Of a DNA stretch of 64,000 nucleotides, positions 58,546 through 64,000 are shown piece after piece (positions within the stretch are counted from its first letter, which is position 1; every line of letters starts with the position of its first letter). The translations under genes were made by a program, and so were the position numbers. Source of the DNA: an uncultured Sphaerochaeta sp. (lineage in GTDB: Bacteria > Spirochaetota > Spirochaetia > Sphaerochaetales > Sphaerochaetaceae); assembly GCA_964547185.1 (NCBI GenBank), contig CAZJMG010000001.1, forward strand, positions 61,233-125,232, written 5' to 3'. Under the pieces are notes generated by a model, which was not told where the DNA came from, did no database searches, and saw nothing but the letters and a program-made list of their open reading frames with translations.

Positions 58546-60398
58546 TATTTTTCAAAACCTTGAAATTTCCTCCAAAGCGTAGTCCGACTTATTCCAACCT
58601 TGGTTGCAAAAGCCTCTTTAGTAAGCCCGCTGGCAAGATAGTTTTCATACAGTTGTCTATCAGTATACTTCATTGTATGCACCTTATGCCCTTCTTCTAG
58701 CCTATCTTCCAGATATAAACTGGTGGATCCGATATCCAACTGCTCAATTTCCCTGACAGAAACCTCATTCGATGTATGCAAGATAGCCAACCGTTCAGCT
58801 GCGTTGCGAAGCTCCCTGATATTTCCAGGCCAGTAGAACTTTTTGAGCATCTCAATTGCTTCATCTGAGACAGTAATGGGATGCACATTGTGCCTACTGC
58901 AATACAACTGAACAAAATGTCTGAAAAGTATGCCAATATCCTCTTTTCTATCACGAAGAGGAACCAGCATGAGACTCAGCAAACTGATACGATAAAATAA
59001 ATCGAGCCGAAAGCTCCCTTCCTTTACTTTCTGTACTATGCTGTTGTTCGCCGCACTGATTACCCGAACATCTACAGGGATGACCATGTCAGCACCTATG
59101 CGTCGTATCTCTCTCTCCTGCAGAACCCGAAGCAGCTTGGCTTGTACCACAATCGGCATTTCCGCGATCTCGTCAAGAAAAATTGTTCCCTTGTGGGCCA
59201 ACTCAAACAAACCAGCCTTTCCTCCCTTTCGGGCACCGGTGAAAGCGCCTTCTACATAGCCAAAGAGCTCACTCTCCAACAGTTGCTCAGGAAGAGCTGC
59301 ACAGTTTACTGCAACAAAACTCTCTGTTGCCCGATGGGAAGCATTGTGAATGCTTTGGGCAAACAACTCCTTGCCCGTTCCGGTTTCCCCCAGCAGCAGC
59401 ACAGCCCCGGGAACCTCGCTGAACCTCTTGGCTTTCTCGAGCAGGGCTTGCATATATGCATTTTGGGTCACAATATCGGAAAACTGATATTTGGCGACCA
59501 AACCTTTTCGGCTGAGCTCCCTGCGAATCTTGTATTCTGTCTTCTGGATTGTTTCTGCATTTTGAAAGGTAAAAATAAACCCTGAGGTCTCCTGATCCAT
59601 GCTGATCGGTTGCTGCGTCACAAGAAACCGCTGGCCATGGATACTCACCAACTCTTCTTTCTGTGTACCGGCGCGATATACTTGCTCAAGAGGGGCTCCT
59701 ACCAGATCACTTCTTCCAAACAAGTGCTCTGCCTGATGATTTGCTGCAATAATAACGTCATTGCTGTTTATCGCAAGCAAAGCATAGGAAGCATTGTTGA
59801 GCAGGGTTCCGAGGAGGTTTCCTCTTGTCTGGGCACGATCAAGGGCGCGGGCTGCCGCTACAGCTTCAGCAACGGCATGGACTACTGCCTGATAGCCGGT
59901 TTTTACGTGCACATGCAACAGCCCTTGTTCTTCACAAAGGCGGCACATGGTCAGGCCACCCACCATGACAGTGCACCCTGCATTTGTCAGTTGTTTCAAG
60001 CCCATCCTTACGTCTTCCTGATCGGTTACCTGAAAAATGGAAACAGGACACTCAACGAGTTTCGCAATGGTTTGACTGTCACACAACTGCTCATTCGTCA
60101 CGATTCCAATATGCGCGTTCGGCTTAAGTTGTTTCGCTTGGGCAAGGGCTTCTAGAAGGTCAGCGCTAAAGAGCGCAATGGGGACAACATGCACAGAACT
60201 CTTGTACTGCGATATTGCATGGGCTGTGATGCCTCTTGCTACTATGATGTCAGCATCCAGTGGTTCAATGACTTTTGGGTCGCTTCCAAAGATATGGGTG
60301 GTTTCAATGGTAATATTGTCAAGCACATAGCTTTGTACAATCTGTTCAAAGGTTTCCTGCAATTCGATATAGGGAACCACTATCAGTATCTTTATCAC
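58545..60398 (-). CDS. sigma-54-dependent transcriptional activator with PrpR-type N-terminal sensor domain and PAS domain
   Basis: 617 aa. PrpR_N-like MIKILIVVPYIELQ...IIVARGITAHAI. AAA+ GETGTGKE, GAFTGA (VEGAFTGARK), GTIFLDEI. C-terminal HTH (VGISRTTLWRK). Confidence 0.92.
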   Translation of the reverse strand: MIKILIVVPYIELQETFEQIVQSYVLDNITIETTHIFGSDPKVIEPLDADIIVARGITAHAISQYKSSVHVVPIALFSADLLEALAQAKQLKPNAHIGIVTNEQLCDSQTIAKLVECPVSIFQVTDQEDVRMGLKQLTNAGCTVMVGGLTMCRLCEEQGLLHVHVKTGYQAVVHAVAEAVAAARALDRAQTRGNLLGTLLNNASYALLAINSNDVIIAANHQAEHLFGRSDLVGAPLEQVYRAGTQKEELVSIHGQRFLVTQQPISMDQETSGFIFTFQNAETIQKTEYKIRRELSRKGLVAKYQFSDIVTQNAYMQALLEKAKRFSEVPGAVLLLGETGTGKELFAQSIHNASHRATESFVAVNCAALPEQLLESELFGYVEGAFTGARKGGKAGLFELAHKGTIFLDEIAEMPIVVQAKLLRVLQEREIRRIGADMVIPVDVRVISAANNSIVQKVKEGSFRLDLFYRISLLSLMLVPLRDRKEDIGILFRHFVQLYCSRHNVHPITVSDEAIEMLKKFYWPGNIRELRNAAERLAILHTSNEVSVREIEQLDIGSTSLYLEDRLEEGHKVHTMKYTDRQLYENYLASGLTKEAFATKVGISRTTLWRKFQGFEK

Positions 60399-60456
60399 TT
60401 CACCTCTCCCGTTTCAGTGTATCATAGGAGCCGCTCTTTACAAAGTTGCTCAGCTC

Positions 60457-61002
60457 TTGGTATTGTCGGCTATGAACGTTTCATCAATCATCCAATATGT
60501 GCTTCTTGTCCTGCTGGTTGCCATCACGCTGCTCAACATATATGCGTTGACTGTCGGGAAGAAGAAAAAACAACAGGCTACGGCCAATTACAAACAAACA
60601 CTTCGTGATCTTGAGCTCAAGGCATACGACCTGATGAAGGAACACAAGTTGTCATTTGATGAGAAGCATGGGTATATCAACGACAGCGGGTCAGGAATTC
60701 TCCTGACGTTCGACAACGAGAAACAAATGGCAGGAATCACCTTATCCGATGAATTCTACCTATTTCCTTTTTCGGACTTTGTCGATTGCAAACAAACCTA
60801 CGAGACGTTGCAAAACAAAAAGCTTTCCAACATCTCTGTTGAAATAGAGACCAAAGACAGCATCATTACCTTGCTCTTTGGCCTCAAGGCCTGGCGACCG
60901 AACTCATATTTGGGCAAATTCCTGCTTTCAGATACGCAAGAGTTCTGCACCATCCTGAAAAGGCAGTGTGAAAAAATCAAGTCGCCTTCGGCTGATCGAT
61001 GA
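60457..61002 (+). CDS. hypothetical membrane-anchored protein
   Basis: About 176-181 aa (TTG 60457 or ATG 60472). One N-terminal TM (IIQYVLLVLLVAITLLNIYAL). No clear RBS or motif. The 3' end overlaps mscS by 26 nt. Confidence 0.5.
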   Translation: MVLSAMNVSSIIQYVLLVLLVAITLLNIYALTVGKKKKQQATANYKQTLRDLELKAYDLMKEHKLSFDEKHGYINDSGSGILLTFDNEKQMAGITLSDEFYLFPFSDFVDCKQTYETLQNKKLSNISVEIETKDSIITLLFGLKAWRPNSYLGKFLLSDTQEFCTILKRQCEKIKSPSADR

Positions 61003-61864
61003 TGTGCAGATCAAGCTGATTGAACGGTACGGAAAGACCAACCTCAGCAAGACGATCACAGATCTCGCCTTGGAACCTCCAATATACCTTCCAATAATCG
61101 GCAGGCTTGGTCCAAGGCCTGACTACAAAGTCTACTGAAGAGGCTGCAAGCTTGTTTACTTCAACAACAGGGGCAGGCTCAGGAAGGATTTCCTCGTAAC
61201 TATCCAAAATCTTTCTGACGGTGTCCTTGACGAGCTGGATATCTGCGCCATAAGGGACGCTTACAGAAAGCTCCACTCTTCTCCTTTCAACATCGGAGAA
61301 ATTCACAATGGGACTTCCCCATACCAACTTGTTGGAGAGCGTAATCTTTTTATTGTCCGGGGTCCTGAGCGTTACCCGAAGCATGTCCATGTCGTTTACA
61401 GTGCCGCTGAAAGACCCTGTCTCAATAAAATCACCAATCCGGAAAGGAGCATTGAGAACAATCATCACACCACTGAGCAGGTTCCCTATAGTCTCCTGGA
61501 ACGCAAAACCGAGAATGACACCGGTAATACCCAAGCCTGCAAGCACCGGGCCCATATTAAGGCCAAGATGCTGCAAAAAGGTGATTGCCAAGAAGATCCA
61601 TCCTATGATGTTGACCAATTGAAGAATGAATCTCTCCATCAAGTCGTTGATTTTTTTCGAGCGATCAAGAGCCTTCTTCAGTACTCTGCAAAAGTACATG
61701 ATCAGTAATTTTCCAATGATTACAATCAACAAGCCGACAATAACATCTATGAGAAAGGCAACCGGCCGAAGCTGTGCCCAACTGTCAATTTGATGCATTG
61801 CTGATACAAACCATGATTGAGGTCCTGCCACATTAGCGCTCAAAGAAACCATTGCCGAAATCAT
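60977..61864 (-). CDS. mechanosensitive ion channel (MscS family)
   Basis: TM3/beta-domain signature GVILGFAFQETIGNLLSGVMIVLNAPFRIGDFIE. AAGGAA RBS 6 nt before ATG 61864. The ORF is open to 61906. Confidence 0.9.
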   Translation of the reverse strand: MISAMVSLSANVAGPQSWFVSAMHQIDSWAQLRPVAFLIDVIVGLLIVIIGKLLIMYFCRVLKKALDRSKKINDLMERFILQLVNIIGWIFLAITFLQHLGLNMGPVLAGLGITGVILGFAFQETIGNLLSGVMIVLNAPFRIGDFIETGSFSGTVNDMDMLRVTLRTPDNKKITLSNKLVWGSPIVNFSDVERRRVELSVSVPYGADIQLVKDTVRKILDSYEEILPEPAPVVEVNKLAASSVDFVVRPWTKPADYWKVYWRFQGEICDRLAEVGLSVPFNQLDLHIIDQPKAT

Positions 61865-61914
61865 ATGCATTTCCTTACTATAGTCGAGATATATAAACCC
61901 TAGCATTGGAATAG

Positions 61915-61952
61915 GAAAAAGGCAAGGCAGAGAAATCCTCTACCTTGCCTTT
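61915..61952 (-). terminator. intrinsic terminator of htpG
   Basis: Minus strand: AAGGCAAGG-loop-CCTTGCCTT followed by TTTTT, 20 nt after the htpG stop. Confidence 0.75.
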
Positions 61953-61971
61953 GTGGTACTTTCAATAAACG

Positions 61972-63855
61972 TTATTTAGATAAAAGGCTATGAAGCTTCT
62001 TGGTAAAAGAAACTGGATCCTTTGGCATAACTCCTTCTGCCAAAAGTGCCTGATCGAGGAGCACTGAGCACAACTCTTCGATATACGAGTCATCGTCGCT
62101 GTTCTCAATCTTCTTGACCATCGGATCGTCAACATTGATTTCCAAAATCGGCTTGATCTCTTGATCATCCGCCTGCCCCATGCTCTTGAGAATCTGCTGC
62201 ATCTGTACAGAAGGATCATTCTCATCGACAACGACAACAGCTGGAGATTCCACCAAGCGAGAGGATGCAACAACATCCTTTACCCTGTCTCCCAGAGCCT
62301 TCTTGATCTTCTTGATAAGGCCTTTCGACTCCTTGCTCTTCTCCTTGTCTCCCTCTTCTTTCAGATCATCAACGGCACCACTCTTGTTGATAGCCTTCAA
62401 AGGGAGCTCCTTGTAGGTTCCGATTGATCCTACTACGATATCGTCGATATCGTCGCTCATGACCAGAACCTCATAGCCCTTCTTCCTATAGGCTTCAAGC
62501 AAGGGACTGGCCTTAAGGGTGGACTCTTTGCCTCCGGCGATGTAGTAGATCGACTTCTGGTCGGTCTTCATCCTCTCCTTGTAAGAGGCAAGGCTGACAT
62601 AGCCTTCTTCACTGGAGGACTTGAACCGTACCAATTCCAGAAGCGCATCCCTGTTTGCATAATCCGAATAGAGACCTTCCTTCAACGGGCGGTTGAACTG
62701 CTCGATGAATTTTGCATAGAGTTCAGGATTCTGGTCGCTTATCTTCTGGAACTCTCCAAGCAGTTTCTTGACACTTGCAGTCCTGATGGCGCTCATGACC
62801 CTGTTCTGCTGAAGAATTTCTCGGCTGACATTCAAGGGAAGATCCTCACTGTCGATCACACCACGCACAAAACGTAGATAAGAAGGAAGCAATTCCTTGT
62901 CGTCGTCAGTGATGTAGACTCTCTTTACGTACAGCTTCACCCCAGGACGATAATCAGCATAGTACATATCGAAAGGAGCCTTCGAGGGGATATAGAAAAG
63001 GGTTATATACTCTGTCGCCCCTTCTGCACGGGTATGCACATAGAATAAGGGATCCTCGCTGTCATAACTCGACTGTTTATAGAACTCCTTGTACTGCTCG
63101 TCAGTCAGTTCACTCTTGCTCTTTCTCCAGAGGGCAGAAGAGCTGTTGATCTGCTCAACCTTGTGCTCGATCTTCTTAAGAGCGTTGCCCTCATCATCCT
63201 TCTTCTTGTCATCATATGTAGTCTGGTCATAAGAGAGGAAAATGGGATAGGCAATATGGTCGCTGTACTTTTTGATCAGTTGCTCGATCTGCCAGCGATT
63301 GGCATACTCGTTGCCTTCTTCATTCAGATACAGGGTAATTGTGGTTCCCTGACTCTCCCGCTCTGCCTCTTCAAGGGTATAACTTCCCTTGCCGGTGCTG
63401 CTCCACTTCCAGGCCTGCTCTTCTGCTGCCTTGCGGCTGACAACCTCGATTTTCTCGGCTACCATGAAAGCACTGTAGAACCCTACGCCGAACTGGCCGA
63501 TCAGGTTGCTGTCCTTCTTCTGCTCTTCGGTCAAGGAAGCGAGAAACTTCTTCGTTCCGCTCGACGCAATGGTGCCCAAGTTGTCACTCAGGTCGTCATG
63601 GTTCATACCCAAGCCATTGTCACTGATGGTGAGAGTACGTTTCTCTCCCTCCTCAGTAAACGAGATATCGATTCGTGGCTCAAATTCGAGAGCCTTGAGT
63701 TTCTCGTCGGTCAGGGTGAGATACTTGAGCTTGTCCAGAGCATCTGATGAGTTTGAAACCAACTCGCGTAAAAATATTTCCTTATTGGAATAGAGCGAGT
63801 GGATGATGAGCTGAAGCAGCTCAGATACTTCAGTCTTGAACTTCTTTTGTTCCAT
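61972..63855 (-). CDS. htpG: molecular chaperone HtpG (Hsp90 family)
   Basis: ATG 63855 (MEQKKFKTEVSELLQLIIHSLYSNKEIFLRELVSNSSDALDK) with AGGAGGT 12 nt upstream. GHKL ATPase motifs IGQFGVGFYS. The ORF-track start 63888 adds 11 unlikely residues. Confidence 0.95.
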   Translation of the reverse strand: MEQKKFKTEVSELLQLIIHSLYSNKEIFLRELVSNSSDALDKLKYLTLTDEKLKALEFEPRIDISFTEEGEKRTLTISDNGLGMNHDDLSDNLGTIASSGTKKFLASLTEEQKKDSNLIGQFGVGFYSAFMVAEKIEVVSRKAAEEQAWKWSSTGKGSYTLEEAERESQGTTITLYLNEEGNEYANRWQIEQLIKKYSDHIAYPIFLSYDQTTYDDKKKDDEGNALKKIEHKVEQINSSSALWRKSKSELTDEQYKEFYKQSSYDSEDPLFYVHTRAEGATEYITLFYIPSKAPFDMYYADYRPGVKLYVKRVYITDDDKELLPSYLRFVRGVIDSEDLPLNVSREILQQNRVMSAIRTASVKKLLGEFQKISDQNPELYAKFIEQFNRPLKEGLYSDYANRDALLELVRFKSSSEEGYVSLASYKERMKTDQKSIYYIAGGKESTLKASPLLEAYRKKGYEVLVMSDDIDDIVVGSIGTYKELPLKAINKSGAVDDLKEEGDKEKSKESKGLIKKIKKALGDRVKDVVASSRLVESPAVVVVDENDPSVQMQQILKSMGQADDQEIKPILEINVDDPMVKKIENSDDDSYIEELCSVLLDQALLAEGVMPKDPVSFTKKLHSLLSK

Positions 63856-64000
63856 CGTTGTATTATACCTCCAAAGGGATATAGCCAAACATACTGATTT
63901 TTCCCTCTATCGGCAATTGTTCCTTAACAAAAACCACAGGTTCGGCTATGCTCTGAGAATGAACTTTTCCCAGCCAAAAACAGCACGTACCATCAATCGC

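Noticed and set aside
1-64000. The whole window, or the 45.6-60.4 kb block, as a horizontally acquired genomic island or prophage.
   Set aside because: There is no integrase, transposase, tRNA attachment site, phage structural gene or flanking direct repeat. Only local AT-rich spacers and one decayed gene remnant (41116-41437) hint at past insertion.

Overview
This is a densely coding 64-kb chromosomal segment with about 65 protein genes on both strands and mid-range GC. I recognised no rRNA, tRNA, CRISPR array, integrase or transposase. The gene content (LspA, lipoproteins, Psp system, TTT and GntP transporters, many sugar-phosphate enzymes, heavy sigma-54 use) suggests a diderm, saccharolytic, probably anaerobic bacterium. 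It resembles Spirochaetota/Sphaerochaeta-type genomes, but I cannot verify that without a database search.

Housekeeping backbone: dnaE (5'-truncated by the window edge), recG, rsmD, lspA, rsmI, carAB, aspS, proS, add, rlmE, htpG.

Modules of interest:
1. Two paralogous sigma-54-promoted, terminator-bounded small-RNA candidates with C-rich anti-SD-like motifs lie in the rhomboid-rlmE spacer (36.55-37.0 kb). This is the most novel-looking signal in the window.
2. A duplicated Psp envelope-stress locus has two sigma-54-driven pspA operons flanking pspF. The second operon also carries PspB-like, PspC and Toastrack/DUF4097 genes.
3. A ~15-kb acid-sugar/polyol-type catabolic island (45.6-60.4 kb) includes a PrpR-like sigma-54 activator, a sigma-54 promoter, TctBAC, a PdxA-family dehydrogenase without the usual DUF1537 kinase, a split transketolase, an Fe-ADH, two TIM-barrel isomerases, an AKR, a racemase-like protein, and GntR plus DUF362. 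Its two main operons share a TGTATACA operator motif.
4. A metal-type ABC importer has an ATPase with an N-terminal DUF1893-like domain. It sits behind a terminator/attenuator hairpin that sequesters the annotated start codon.
5. A second split-transketolase/class II aldolase operon ends in a protein with a duplicated CxxC...GFCxxH module.
6. Smaller items: a Lon-like protease with a degenerate P-loop behind a leaderless-type promoter, a 33-aa-repeat lipoprotein behind an AT-rich spacer, an ankyrin-repeat protein, and a ~1-kb decayed region with 38-nt direct repeats and a wHTH gene remnant.

All functional calls rest on motif recognition by eye. Start codons were revised from the ORF track where RBS, spacing or homology logic supported a change.
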